Below, piece by piece: positions 38,628-47,343 of a stretch of DNA of 64,000 nucleotides. The position numbers and the translations under genes were made by a program. The DNA is from Candidatus Shapirobacteria bacterium. GTDB lineage: Bacteria > Patescibacteriota > Microgenomatia > UBA12405. Below the pieces are notes generated by a model. The model worked only from the letters and a program-made list of their open reading frames with translations, made no database searches and was not told the origin of the DNA. Within the stretch, counting starts at the first letter, position 1. Each line of letters opens with the position of its first letter. Location of the stretch: the NCBI GenBank assembly GCA_037142555.1, contig JBAXAJ010000004.1:21738-85737 (forward strand), read 5' to 3'.

Positions 38628-38660
38628 AGATATTTTGATAAAATACAGGGTAAGTTATAT

Positions 38661-38734
38661 GTCCTCATAGCTCAGTTGGATAGAGCGCTTCCCTTCTAAG
38701 GAAGAGGTCGCAGGTTCGATCCCTGCTGAGGATA
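38661..38734 (+). tRNA. tRNA-Arg(TCT)
   Basis: Cloverleaf; anticodon arm CTTCC-CTTCTAA-GGAAG. Confidence 0.95.
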
Positions 38735-38747
38735 CTCGTTTATATGA

Positions 38748-38819
38748 GCGCCTGTAGCTCAATGGATAGAGTAATAGTCTTCGGAACTATTGATGGGGGT
38801 TCGATTCCCTCCAGGCGTA
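38748..38819 (+). tRNA. tRNA-Arg(TCG)
   Basis: Cloverleaf; anticodon arm ATAGT-CTTCGGA-ACTAT. Confidence 0.95.
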
Positions 38820-38824
38820 CCCGA

Positions 38825-38897
38825 GGGTTGCTAGCTCAGTCGGTAGAGCAATCGCCTCTTAAGCGATCGGTCGTCAGTTCGAGTCTGACGCAACCCA
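38825..38897 (+). tRNA. tRNA-Lys(CTT)
   Basis: Cloverleaf; anticodon arm ATCGC-CTCTTAA-GCGAT. Confidence 0.95.
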
Positions 38898-38926
38898 CAA
38901 TGTAAATTATTACATTTTAATAATTT

Positions 38927-39008
38927 GCCGCAGTGTTGAAATTGGTATACAAGCACGGCTTAGGACCGTGTGGGGAAACCCATGGAGGTTCAAGTCCTCT
39001 CTGCGGCA
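38927..39008 (+). tRNA. tRNA-Leu(TAG)
   Basis: Long variable arm; anticodon arm CACGG-CTTAGGA-CCGTG. Confidence 0.95.
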
Positions 39009-39097
39009 CTTGGGACTATTTTGTGTTAAACTCTTAAAAAATAACAAACAATGGCGTTTGTGAACTTTAAAAAATAAAAGAGAAAGAAGGTGTATTT

Positions 39098-39478
39098 ATG
39101 GGTACAGTTTTAGAACGTAATAAGAATATTAATTCTGGGTTTGATATTAAAGAAATAGCTCATCATCCAGAAGGATTAAATTATTTTGAAATATTATTAA
39201 TCAAAGGGCCGAGAAGAAGAAGATTCATCATTCATCAATTTTTGTTTTTTGACAAAAACGGAGAAAGTAGTTGTTTCGTAGAATGTCAAAAGTTAAAAAC
39301 TGCTGAAAAAGTGTTAAAAATGATGTTTAACCCGGGTTTTGATCAGAAATGGTTTTCAATATTAGTGGAAATGGAAGAGACAGCAAAAAAACCCATCCAT
39401 TATTCAAATCCATACAAACCATGGTTTTATTGTTCTGATACTGACATCGATGAAGATATTTTTTTCTCTGAAGACTAA
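39098..39478 (+). CDS. Orphan hypothetical protein
   Basis: 126 aa; SD-like AAGAAGGTG; extended -10 TGTTAAACT upstream; terminator downstream. Confidence 0.65.
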   Translation: MGTVLERNKNINSGFDIKEIAHHPEGLNYFEILLIKGPRRRRFIIHQFLFFDKNGESSCFVECQKLKTAEKVLKMMFNPGFDQKWFSILVEMEETAKKPIHYSNPYKPWFYCSDTDIDEDIFFSED

Positions 39479-39480
39479 TT

Positions 39481-39520
39481 AAACCGGTGGGTGCACATTT
39501 TGCAAACGCTGGTTTTTTTT
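39481..39520 (+). terminator. Interrupted-stem intrinsic terminator
   Basis: AAACCGGTG..TGCA-CATTT-TGCA..CGCTGGTTT followed by a T tract. Confidence 0.65.
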
Positions 39521-39576
39521 GGAAAAAATCTAAATTTGTCACTAGATGCTAAAATATGACTATTAAAAACTCATAA

Positions 39577-40671
39577 ATGAAAAAAGAAGATATTATAAAA
39601 ATGAAGATATCTCGGGTCGAGAAAGAGATTCGAGATACGCCATATGACAAAGCCAGTGAACATCATCATGGACTGATGAAAGCTAAGTTATCTAGACTTA
39701 AGGATGAACTTGAAGGTCCAATGAACAAAGGTGGTGGTGGTGGAGTTGGTTATGCAATCAAACATTCTGGGGATGCTTCAGTGGTTTTGGTGGGTTTGCC
39801 AAGTGTGGGAAAATCAACTCTATTAAATAAAGTGACTAATGCTGAATCAAAAATTGGTAATTATGACTTTACAACACTAGGGGTAGTGCCTGGAATGATG
39901 GAATATAAGGGAGTTAATATCCAAATTTTGGATTTGCCAGGAATTATTGAAGGAGCAGCTGGGAATAAGGGTTTTGGAAGAAAAGTTATTTCAGTTATAC
40001 GAGCCTCAGATTTAGTAGTTTTGATGACTGATATTAAGAGAATAGACTGGCTGAATGTGGTTTCTGATGAAATATATAAGGCTGGGGTGAGAATTAACAC
40101 TCGACCGCCAAAAATATTGATTACAAAGGCTAATAAAGGTTCTATTCAGATTATTGATCCTTATGATTCTTTTGATAAAAAGACCATTATTGATATCGCT
40201 AAGGAAATGGGGCTAGATAATGCCATTATTCAATTTGGAGAAAAGATACATAGTATCGATAAATTGATCGATGGATTGGTTAAATCTAGAACTTATATGC
40301 CAGCAGTTAAAATAATCACTAAGATGGATTTGGCAAAGCCTGAGGAATTAAAGAAAATACCTCATGATGTTTTGAAAATGTGTGTCAATGAAGAGTTAGG
40401 AATAGAAGAATTTAAAGAAAGAGTTTGGCAAGGATTAGGTTTGGTTAGAGTCTATTTAAAAAGAGACAGAAGTGGTGAGGCTGACAAAAATCAGCCACTA
40501 ATTGTTAAAAATACTGACACTTTGGATGCAGTTTTAAGAAGAATTTCAAATCAAATGCGAGATGATGTGAGTAAAGCCTATATTTGGGGTAAAGATGCAA
40601 GATTCCCAGGGCAAGAAGTGTCTTTCAATTTTAAAGTTTTTGATGAGATGGAAGTGTGGTTTGGAAGATAA
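39577..40671 (+). CDS. DRG/Rbg1-type OBG-family GTPase with TGS domain
   Basis: EKEIRDTPYDKASEHH.GLMKAKL, KHSGDASVVLVGLPSVGKSTLL, YDFTT, DLPGIIEGA, WGKDARFPGQ. Confidence 0.9.
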   Translation: MKKEDIIKMKISRVEKEIRDTPYDKASEHHHGLMKAKLSRLKDELEGPMNKGGGGGVGYAIKHSGDASVVLVGLPSVGKSTLLNKVTNAESKIGNYDFTTLGVVPGMMEYKGVNIQILDLPGIIEGAAGNKGFGRKVISVIRASDLVVLMTDIKRIDWLNVVSDEIYKAGVRINTRPPKILITKANKGSIQIIDPYDSFDKKTIIDIAKEMGLDNAIIQFGEKIHSIDKLIDGLVKSRTYMPAVKIITKMDLAKPEELKKIPHDVLKMCVNEELGIEEFKERVWQGLGLVRVYLKRDRSGEADKNQPLIVKNTDTLDAVLRRISNQMRDDVSKAYIWGKDARFPGQEVSFNFKVFDEMEVWFGR

Positions 40672-40672
40672 A

Positions 40673-40963
40673 CTAATCGGTTAAGTTAGTACGATGGCTG
40701 ATAGTCACAGTAACTTCTTGATCAACACCATCTTTATCTTTGTAATTAATTTGTTTATTAATTGGTTCTGTCCCTTCTTTTTTTAAGTCAATTTCAAATT
40801 GGCAATCAAGTTTTTCGTCTTCATTTTGTTTTCTACCAATAATAACTCTAGCTGCATTATTAGTTTCTTGTGCAATAATAGTGACATTTTGACCTATTTG
40901 AAATAATTTTGTTTCTTTTTCAATAAATTTAGAGTGGCCGTTGGCTTCAAGTGAAATAGTCAT
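40673..40963 (-). CDS. Hypothetical protein
   Basis: 96-aa ORF filling the gap with no overlap. Confidence 0.55.
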   Translation of the reverse strand: MTISLEANGHSKFIEKETKLFQIGQNVTIIAQETNNAARVIIGRKQNEDEKLDCQFEIDLKKEGTEPINKQINYKDKDGVDQEVTVTISHRTNLTD

Positions 40964-41077
40964 AATTTTAATTATCGAACTAATTAATAATTAAAACCAC
41001 ATTTCTGCCGTAGTAAAAACGTGGAAAAGTCCTATTGGAATGGTAACCTTTGGAAAAAGATTTGTAAACCAGGATAT

Positions 41078-42100
41078 TTAATTTAAATTTCTTATTTGTT
41101 GGCTTCGGGCACTTAGGGTTTTTTTGTCAATTTTTGGATTTGATTCGTAAATTATTTTAGCTTTGGTGTTAGGACGAGAAGAATATTTGAAACAATGGAT
41201 TTTTTTAAAACCGATTTTTTGGCAAATATCTAGAGTTTCTTCAAAATCTTGATCTGTTTCTGTTGGGAAACCGACTATGATGTCCGTTCCGAGTTTTAAA
41301 CTTCTAATTTCTAATTTCAAATTTCTAATTTTATTTAAAATATCTTTTTGAGTGTAGGGGCGGTTCATTAATTTGAGAATTTTGTCAGAACCAGATTGGA
41401 TTGGAATATGAAGAAAATTAGATAATCGATTTGGATATTCCTTTAAAAGATCAATAAATTTTTGATCGATACAATTTAGAGGAACAGAACCAAAACTGAT
41501 TAATTTAATGTCGGTTTCTTTAAGAATTTTTTCGACTAGATTAGAAAGACCAAATTGATATTGATTTAAGTTAACTCCAGTTATTATGATTTCTTTATAC
41601 TTATCTGTGATGGCAGAATTAACTGTTTTTATGGCATCTTCCATGGTTAATGACCATAGGTTAGGACGTTTCTGAGGAACTATGCAATAGGAACAAAATT
41701 GGGTGCAACCGGATTGGATTTTTAAGAGAAAACGGTTGGTGTGGCTGAATTTGTCTTTAATTTTTGGGGTGTAAGAAGAGTTTAAGTTGTTTAGTAATTC
41801 TTCTTTTTGATCATTTTTGTAAATAAAAACATTAGGAATGTCTTTTAATTTTTCGAGATTAGCGCAACCAGTGACATAAATTTTAGCTTTTGGATATTTT
41901 TGGTGGAGAATGCGGACTTTACTCAGAGATTCTATCTCCCCTTTTTTGGTGATGGAACAAGTGTTGACGAAGATGATAGATGGCAGATCGGAGGTAGTGG
42001 ATGGGGTGAAACCTTGATTAATTAAGGTTTGAGACCATTGGTTGGTTTCGGCTGAGTTGACTCGACAGCCAAAATTAACTGAAAGAAAGCTTTTGGACAT
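41078..42100 (-). CDS. MtaB/MiaB-like radical SAM methylthiotransferase (no TRAM domain)
   Basis: FGCRVN, NTCSIT, VTGC, CTQFCSYC, HIPIQSGSD, DIIVGFPTET. Confidence 0.88.
   Translation of the reverse strand: MSKSFLSVNFGCRVNSAETNQWSQTLINQGFTPSTTSDLPSIIFVNTCSITKKGEIESLSKVRILHQKYPKAKIYVTGCANLEKLKDIPNVFIYKNDQKEELLNNLNSSYTPKIKDKFSHTNRFLLKIQSGCTQFCSYCIVPQKRPNLWSLTMEDAIKTVNSAITDKYKEIIITGVNLNQYQFGLSNLVEKILKETDIKLISFGSVPLNCIDQKFIDLLKEYPNRLSNFLHIPIQSGSDKILKLMNRPYTQKDILNKIRNLKLEIRSLKLGTDIIVGFPTETDQDFEETLDICQKIGFKKIHCFKYSSRPNTKAKIIYESNPKIDKKTLSARSQQIRNLN
41301..41328 (+). repeat. TTTCTAA heptamer repeat within the mtaB-like gene
   Basis: cttctaa-tttctaa-tttcaaa-tttctaa; encodes IRNLKLEIRS on the minus strand. 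Confidence 0.7.
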
Positions 42101-42102
42101 GA

Positions 42103-42978
42103 TTAATTTTTGCGGGGGTTTTTGCTAATGAAATCTTTTATATAATCGAGAATATCGACAGTTGTTTCCCAACCAAGTTCTTCACGAGCTTTGTTTGGAG
42201 ATTCTCCAGATTCGGCTCTGCCTGAATAACCATCAACATATTTTATTGGTCCACCAAAAGCATTTGCAATCTCAATTATTGAATATTCTTTGGTGTTTCC
42301 TAGAGTGTAGCCGTCTCCTTTTCCTTTTTCGGCTGCTAGAATGATTCCCTTAGCTAGATCTTTGACATAAGTGAAATTGCGTTTTTGAGTTCCAGGTTTA
42401 ATGACAGTGAGTTCTTCACCTTTTAAATAGGCTTGTTCAAATTTAGCGATTACAGTGGCATAGGCCCCAGTCCCCTTTTCTCGAGGGCCAAAAGCATTAT
42501 AAAAATAACAAATGGCATATGGTAAGTCATACCAACGGCCATAATCATTGATGAGGTCAACATTGGTGGCTTTAGTGAATGAATATGGATTTTGATGGCG
42601 ACCATCACCTTCAATAGCAAATTTGGTGCTTGAAGCGGCGTAGACTAATTTCCCAACTTTACGTTTTCGACAGAATTCAACTACAGCGAATGTTCCAAGC
42701 ATATTCATGTCATAAACTTTTTCAACATCATCAAAAGAAGGAGAGATTCGGGCATATTCACCTAGATGAAAAATAACATCTGGTGTTTCAGGAATTAATT
42801 TATCGATATCTTTAGTGTGACCTTCACGATATTCAGCTCCGGCAATATGGTTATCAGTGCTGCCGTTGAAATAGTTATCAAGAGAAATTACTTTATTATT
42901 TGGATCTTTAACAAGTTCTTCTATAATGTTTGAGCCTACATGGCCAGCTCCACCAGTTACTAAGATAATTTTAGACAT
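42103..42978 (-). CDS. NAD-dependent epimerase/dehydratase
   Basis: VTGGAGHVG, YSFTK (YxxxK), YNAFGP, RNFTYVKD. Confidence 0.9.
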   Translation of the reverse strand: MSKIILVTGGAGHVGSNIIEELVKDPNNKVISLDNYFNGSTDNHIAGAEYREGHTKDIDKLIPETPDVIFHLGEYARISPSFDDVEKVYDMNMLGTFAVVEFCRKRKVGKLVYAASSTKFAIEGDGRHQNPYSFTKATNVDLINDYGRWYDLPYAICYFYNAFGPREKGTGAYATVIAKFEQAYLKGEELTVIKPGTQKRNFTYVKDLAKGIILAAEKGKGDGYTLGNTKEYSIIEIANAFGGPIKYVDGYSGRAESGESPNKAREELGWETTVDILDYIKDFISKNPRKN

Positions 42979-42998
42979 AAAATATTATACATTAAGAT

Positions 42999-43027
42999 AT
43001 ACACACCCCGCAGTGCGGGGTGTGTAT
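42999..43027. repeat. Perfect 14-bp-arm palindrome (REP-like or terminator)
   Basis: ATACACACCCCGCA-G-TGCGGGGTGTGTAT just after the tgt stop. Confidence 0.65.
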
Positions 43028-43030
43028 TGG

Positions 43031-44125
43031 TTATTTTCCCAACCAATTATTTTTAAGTTCTTCAAATGTGCCATTTTTAAGAGCATCACGAATTAGCTGA
43101 GTAGTGTGAATCATAAAATAGATGTTGTGAAGAGTCATGAGCCGATAACCGAGTAATTCTTGAGTTTTAAATAAGTGATGAATATAAGCTTTGTCATATT
43201 TTTGACAAGTTGGGCATTGGCAGTCTTTGTCTAGTTGAGTTTGATCAAACTTATATTTTTGAGACATTATTTGTTTTTTGAATTTGTTAGCAACATCATG
43301 TTTTGCGTTTCCAGTTCGGTGTAGGAATTGACCACCACGAGCTAGACGGGTTGGAAGAGTGCAATCCATGGAAGTGATTCCTATTCCAAAAAAGTCGAAA
43401 AGATCGGTGACTTCCCCTACTCCTAATAGATGAATTGGTTTTTTAGTTTTTAGGGCGATAGGCAAAACCCAATCGACTACTTTTTTCATTTTATCTTTTG
43501 GTTCACCAACAGAAACACCACCAATAGCGATGCCATCGAAATCTTGAGAGCAAATGAATTCTGCCGATTGTTGGCGTAAATCTTTGAAATAACTGCCTTG
43601 GATTACGCCATAGAGTTTTAAATCATGGCCATATTTTTTATTTAATCTCTTATGTTCTTTAAGTGATCGGATTGCCCAATTATGAGTACGATTTAGGGCT
43701 TTTTGAGCATATTCTTTAGTGGCTGGATATGGAGTGCATTCATCAAAAACAATGATGTTATCAGCTCCGAGATTATGTTGGATTTGAATTGATTTTTCAG
43801 GAGTGAAGAAATGGAGAGAACCATCTAGATGAGATCTAAATTCGACTCCGTTTTCGCTGATTTTAATCAAAGAACCAGCGCCATTGTGATCTTTACCTAG
43901 AGAAAAAACTTGGAAACCACCAGAATCGGTGATTAATTGGCCATTCCAACGAGTGAATTTATGAAGTCCACCAAATTTTTTGATGGCTTTATCACCTGGT
44001 CTTAAGTATAAATGATAGGTGTTACAAAAGAATATTTCGACACCAATGGCTTCTAATTCTTCAGGAGTTAGAGATTTGACAGTGGCTTGAGTGCCAACAG
44101 GAATAAAAGTAGGTTGATTTAACAT
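43031..44125 (-). CDS. tgt: tRNA-guanine transglycosylase
   Basis: PVGTQATVK, NTYHL.LRPG, TDSGGFQVFSL, HLLGVG, CQCPTC...HN. Confidence 0.96.
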   Translation of the reverse strand: MLNQPTFIPVGTQATVKSLTPEELEAIGVEIFFCNTYHLYLRPGDKAIKKFGGLHKFTRWNGQLITDSGGFQVFSLGKDHNGAGSLIKISENGVEFRSHLDGSLHFFTPEKSIQIQHNLGADNIIVFDECTPYPATKEYAQKALNRTHNWAIRSLKEHKRLNKKYGHDLKLYGVIQGSYFKDLRQQSAEFICSQDFDGIAIGGVSVGEPKDKMKKVVDWVLPIALKTKKPIHLLGVGEVTDLFDFFGIGITSMDCTLPTRLARGGQFLHRTGNAKHDVANKFKKQIMSQKYKFDQTQLDKDCQCPTCQKYDKAYIHHLFKTQELLGYRLMTLHNIYFMIHTTQLIRDALKNGTFEELKNNWLGK

Positions 44126-44174
44126 GAATCAGATTATACCAAAAAGCATCCATCTCTTGTTATAATATATCCAC

Positions 44175-44262
44175 GCCGCTGTGGTGAAATTGGTATACAC
44201 GCAAGACTTAAAATCTTGTGCTCTCAAAAAGCGTGTGGGTTCGACCCCCGCCAGCGGCACCA
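44175..44262 (+). tRNA. tRNA-Leu(TAA), CCA encoded
   Basis: Anticodon arm CAAGA-CTTAAAA-TCTTG; long variable arm. Confidence 0.95.
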
Positions 44263-44270
44263 AAGAAGGA

Positions 44271-44322
44271 GTAAAACCCTCCGGTCCGAAATTTCGGACC
44301 ACCTCCCTTGACAGGGCGGTTT
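44271..44322 (+). repeat. Two-hairpin palindromic repeat (family A) between tRNA-Leu and tRNA-Pro
   Basis: GTAAAACCCTCC-[GGTCCGAAATTTCGGACC]-ACCTCCCTTGACAGGGCGG. Confidence 0.85.
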
Positions 44323-44334
44323 CTAACAATTATT

Positions 44335-44408
44335 CGGGGATTGGCGCAATTGGCTAGCGTGCACGGTTTGGGACCGTGAGGTTGCAGGTTCGAATCCTGT
44401 ATCCCCGA
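44335..44408 (+). tRNA. tRNA-Pro(TGG)
   Basis: Acceptor CGGGGAT/ATCCCCG; anticodon arm CACGG-TTTGGGA-CCGTG. Confidence 0.95.
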
Positions 44409-44434
44409 CTACGTTAAAACTTCGTCGGATAAAA
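44404..44434 (+). repeat. Family B hairpin element overlapping the tRNA-Pro 3' end
   Basis: CCCGA-CTACG-TTAAAA-CTTCG-TCGGA-TAAAA, followed by a repeated CCGA. Confidence 0.72.
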
Positions 44435-44450
44435 CCGATGAATTTAGTTT

Positions 44451-44521
44451 GCGGGTATAGTTTAGTGGTAGAACGAGAGATTTCCAATCTTTCGGCGGGG
44501 GTTCGATTCCCCCTACCCGCT
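44451..44521 (+). tRNA. tRNA-Gly(TCC)
   Basis: Acceptor GCGGGTA/TACCCGC; anticodon arm AGAGA-TTTCCAA-TCTTT. Confidence 0.94.
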
Positions 44522-44526
44522 CAGAA

Positions 44527-44874
44527 ATGAAAACCATTAAAGAGGCTCAAAAATTAGTAAAAGATTTTGCTAATGGAAATAAATGGAAAGATATTCCGAA
44601 TGTGGATAAATTTGATCATTTGCACGAAGAATTAATTGAGATGTCACAGCATCTTCGTTATAAAACAGAAAAAGAAAGAATCGAGTTTGTTAATAAAAAT
44701 AAAATGATTTTCAAAGATGGGATTGGTGATTTGTTTTTTGGAATTTGTCGTTTGGCTAATCAGTTGGGAGTGGATATTGAAGAAGCTTTTGAAATGGTGA
44801 GTAAAGAAATTTTGGCAAAATATAATCATAAAAATCCGGAAAACAATTTGGTTAAAAAAAATAAAGATGAATAA
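44527..44874 (+). CDS. MazG-like nucleotide pyrophosphohydrolase
   Basis: HLHEELIEM...DGIGDLFF...LANQLGVDIEEA. Confidence 0.82.
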   Translation: MKTIKEAQKLVKDFANGNKWKDIPNVDKFDHLHEELIEMSQHLRYKTEKERIEFVNKNKMIFKDGIGDLFFGICRLANQLGVDIEEAFEMVSKEILAKYNHKNPENNLVKKNKDE

Positions 44875-45319
44875 AATAATGATAGAAAATGATATTACAA
44901 CACATGTAGTTGCGATTATGGGGGTAGTTAAGAAAGGTGACAAATATTTGTTGGCGAGAAGAAGTTTTGATGATCCTCAGGCTGGTGGTCAATGGAGTTT
45001 TCCTAGTGGAAAAATTGATTCTGAGGTTGGAAAAGGAATTGTTGAGGAAACTTTAAAAAGAGAAATAATGGAAGAAGTTGGATTAGAAATAGAAGATAAT
45101 GTTGAATTTCTTTGTAATGATGGTTTTGTCCGAGTGAGTGGTCATCATGTAATTATGATGATTTTTTTGTGTTTTTATAAATCTGGTGAAGCTAGACCTT
45201 TAGAAGATCAGGCTGAAGTTAAATGGTTAACTTTAGATCAACTAATGGAGATGAAAAATGAATTACCTAAATATATTTGGGAAATAGTTGAAGCTTTAAT
45301 AGGAAGACAGGAAAGATAA
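44867..45319 (+). CDS. NUDIX hydrolase
   Basis: WSFPSGKID...LKREIMEEVGL Nudix box. Confidence 0.9.
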   Translation: MNKIMIENDITTHVVAIMGVVKKGDKYLLARRSFDDPQAGGQWSFPSGKIDSEVGKGIVEETLKREIMEEVGLEIEDNVEFLCNDGFVRVSGHHVIMMIFLCFYKSGEARPLEDQAEVKWLTLDQLMEMKNELPKYIWEIVEALIGRQER

Positions 45320-46099
45320 AAGATGATCAGCTGTTGATTTGGCAGTTTTTGTCAGTGATTTTTTTGTTTTCTCAATTTTATTTATAAGAATAAAGTGAGA
45401 TTTTTTGGCGGCTTTTTTAATTTCCCAACCAGTTTTATTTAATCGAGATTCCATTTCATCATCTCTGTTGATAGCTAACCACTTTTTATATTCAGAAAAG
45501 CTCATCTCTGGCATTATGAAAATCTTAACAACTAGGATATTGGCTTCAGTTATATTGTAAATATATTTTTCTATTTTTGACCAAGAACTTAATTCTATTT
45601 GTGAACAAATGATTGGGCAAGGATGTTTAAGAGCATCTTCTAGACTTTTTCTTGGAAGACCATAAAAAGAATCCCCTCTTTTTATATATTCAAACAGCTC
45701 ATTATTTTTGATTGATTGTCTAAATTCTTTATGACTATTTATGAAATAATAATCTTTTCCATGGATTTCACCATCTCTTTTGGGACGAGAAGTGGCAGTG
45801 ACGGTTTTTAAAAATAGATTTGGATAGAGTTTGTCCATTTCTTGACGGATAGCATCTTTCCCACCAGCAGTTATTCCAGAAAGAAGAAGTAATATTTTGT
45901 CGTATTTCTGATTAAATTTTTTATGTTTAGTTTTTGTTGATGACCAAAGCCCATGTTTATCGTCGTGTTGGGTAAATTTTTTATAATCAGAAATGATGTC
46001 TTTTAAAGAGTGAGGTAATAGTTTTGGGTCGAGTTTAGAAAGTTTATCAATTATTTCTTTGCCAGAGTTGATTTCTTTTTTAGAAATGTTGGATTTCAT
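45296..46099 (-). CDS. Guanylate kinase-like protein with N-terminal extension
   Basis: LSGITAGGKD, TATSRPKRDGEIHGKDYYF, YGLP. Confidence 0.82.
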   Translation of the reverse strand: MKSNISKKEINSGKEIIDKLSKLDPKLLPHSLKDIISDYKKFTQHDDKHGLWSSTKTKHKKFNQKYDKILLLLSGITAGGKDAIRQEMDKLYPNLFLKTVTATSRPKRDGEIHGKDYYFINSHKEFRQSIKNNELFEYIKRGDSFYGLPRKSLEDALKHPCPIICSQIELSSWSKIEKYIYNITEANILVVKIFIMPEMSFSEYKKWLAINRDDEMESRLNKTGWEIKKAAKKSHFILINKIEKTKKSLTKTAKSTADHLLSFLSSY

Positions 46100-46544
46100 A
46101 GACTTTTTTACTAATAATAGTTTCGTTTTCACCAAAAATAACTTTTCCTTTAACTTTTTTGTTTTTTAAAATTAGAGGTAGCCAAAGTGTATCACTTGTC
46201 CACATAGAATTGTAAGGGATTTTGTCTAGATCAAACCATTGAGGTTTCATCTCTTCAGTTTCAGTTGGATCCCCTTCCCATTCAGTAGTTATATAGGCTA
46301 AAACTTGTTGGTCCCATTCTGGTTTATATTTAAAATGAAAATCCAAAACAGCCATTAATTCTATGTTTTTAGGAGTGACTTTGATTTCTTCTTCAGTTTC
46401 ACGGATGGCAGTGTCTTTAATATTTTCGTTAGGATTTGGTTTTCCACCAACTCCATTCCATTTCCCCTGTCCAAAAGCTCGTTTTTTCATGGCTAAAAGA
46501 ATCTGATTATCTTTTAATAAAAAACATAGGGTTGCTTGCCTCAT
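46080..46544 (-). CDS. NUDIX hydrolase, MTH1/8-oxo-dGTPase-like
   Basis: KKRAFGQGKWNGVGGK, RETEEE, ETEEMKPQWF, IPYNSMW. Start trimmed to MRQATL because the longer ORF overlaps a tRNA. Confidence 0.9.
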   Translation of the reverse strand: MRQATLCFLLKDNQILLAMKKRAFGQGKWNGVGGKPNPNENIKDTAIRETEEEIKVTPKNIELMAVLDFHFKYKPEWDQQVLAYITTEWEGDPTETEEMKPQWFDLDKIPYNSMWTSDTLWLPLILKNKKVKGKVIFGENETIISKKVYEIQHF

Positions 46545-46595
46545 GTCTGATTTTACACTTAAAATGCCTAAAAATGGTAGAATAATTGTGTTTTT

Positions 46596-46677
46596 GCCAA
46601 GGTGTTGAAATTGGTAGACAAGCATCGCTCAGAACGGTGTGTCGCAAGACATGGGGGTTCAAGTCCCTCCCTTGGCA
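46596..46677 (+). tRNA. tRNA-Leu(CAG)
   Basis: Anticodon arm CATCG-CTCAGAA-CGGTG; long variable arm. Confidence 0.95.
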
Positions 46678-46705
46678 CTCAAATTTGATTATTATAAGAT
46701 AACTC

Positions 46706-46734
46706 TAGACAACGTTAGATATCATTGATACAAT
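46706..46734 (+). promoter_or_regulatory. Sigma70 promoter of orphan gene 46846
   Basis: TAGACA-17-TACAAT with extended TG. Confidence 0.6.
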
Positions 46735-46845
46735 ACTCCTTCTTTACTGAAGATGAATTTTTGAAAAGCTCAAGAATAAGTTTAAGTTTTAGAAAAAAAG
46801 TACTTTGAAAGAAAAAAAATTAAATGGAGAAAGGAAGGGATTGTT

Positions 46846-47343
46846 ATGGCAGTCAAGTTAATGATCAAAAAGAAAGACAATCTGGTCGAATTAAAGGAAA
46901 AATGGAGTGAATCTTTCGAGGTTCCAGCTGGTTATCAAGGTGAACAAATCTTGATATACGAAAATGAGAGTATTAAGGAGGAGGGTGAAAATCCATACGT
47001 TAGAGTTGTTTGCAATCTATACGGTGAAAGGCTTGTAAATTTTTACGGAAAACCAGAAATTGACTTATCAAAAGATCAAGCATCATTTATTGATCCAGTC
47101 GGGTTAGTGACAATTTTGGTTTATAAAAAAGATGGTAGTTTTAAAATTGACAAATATATGACAAATTATGACCATAATGACTGTAAAAAAGATAATTTTC
47201 AGTTATTTTGGAAGCAAATTTGTGTGGGTAAAACTATCACTAAACTGCCGTTAATGTATGCGTGTTATCAGGAAGCTTTAGAAAAGGCTTACGAAAAATT
47301 CAAAGCCGAAGACCCATATAGTATCTTCTTTGGTAAGATATGA
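46846..47343 (+). CDS. Orphan hypothetical protein
   Basis: 165 aa; purine-rich SD AAGGAAGGGA; long leader. Confidence 0.7.
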   Translation: MAVKLMIKKKDNLVELKEKWSESFEVPAGYQGEQILIYENESIKEEGENPYVRVVCNLYGERLVNFYGKPEIDLSKDQASFIDPVGLVTILVYKKDGSFKIDKYMTNYDHNDCKKDNFQLFWKQICVGKTITKLPLMYACYQEALEKAYEKFKAEDPYSIFFGKI

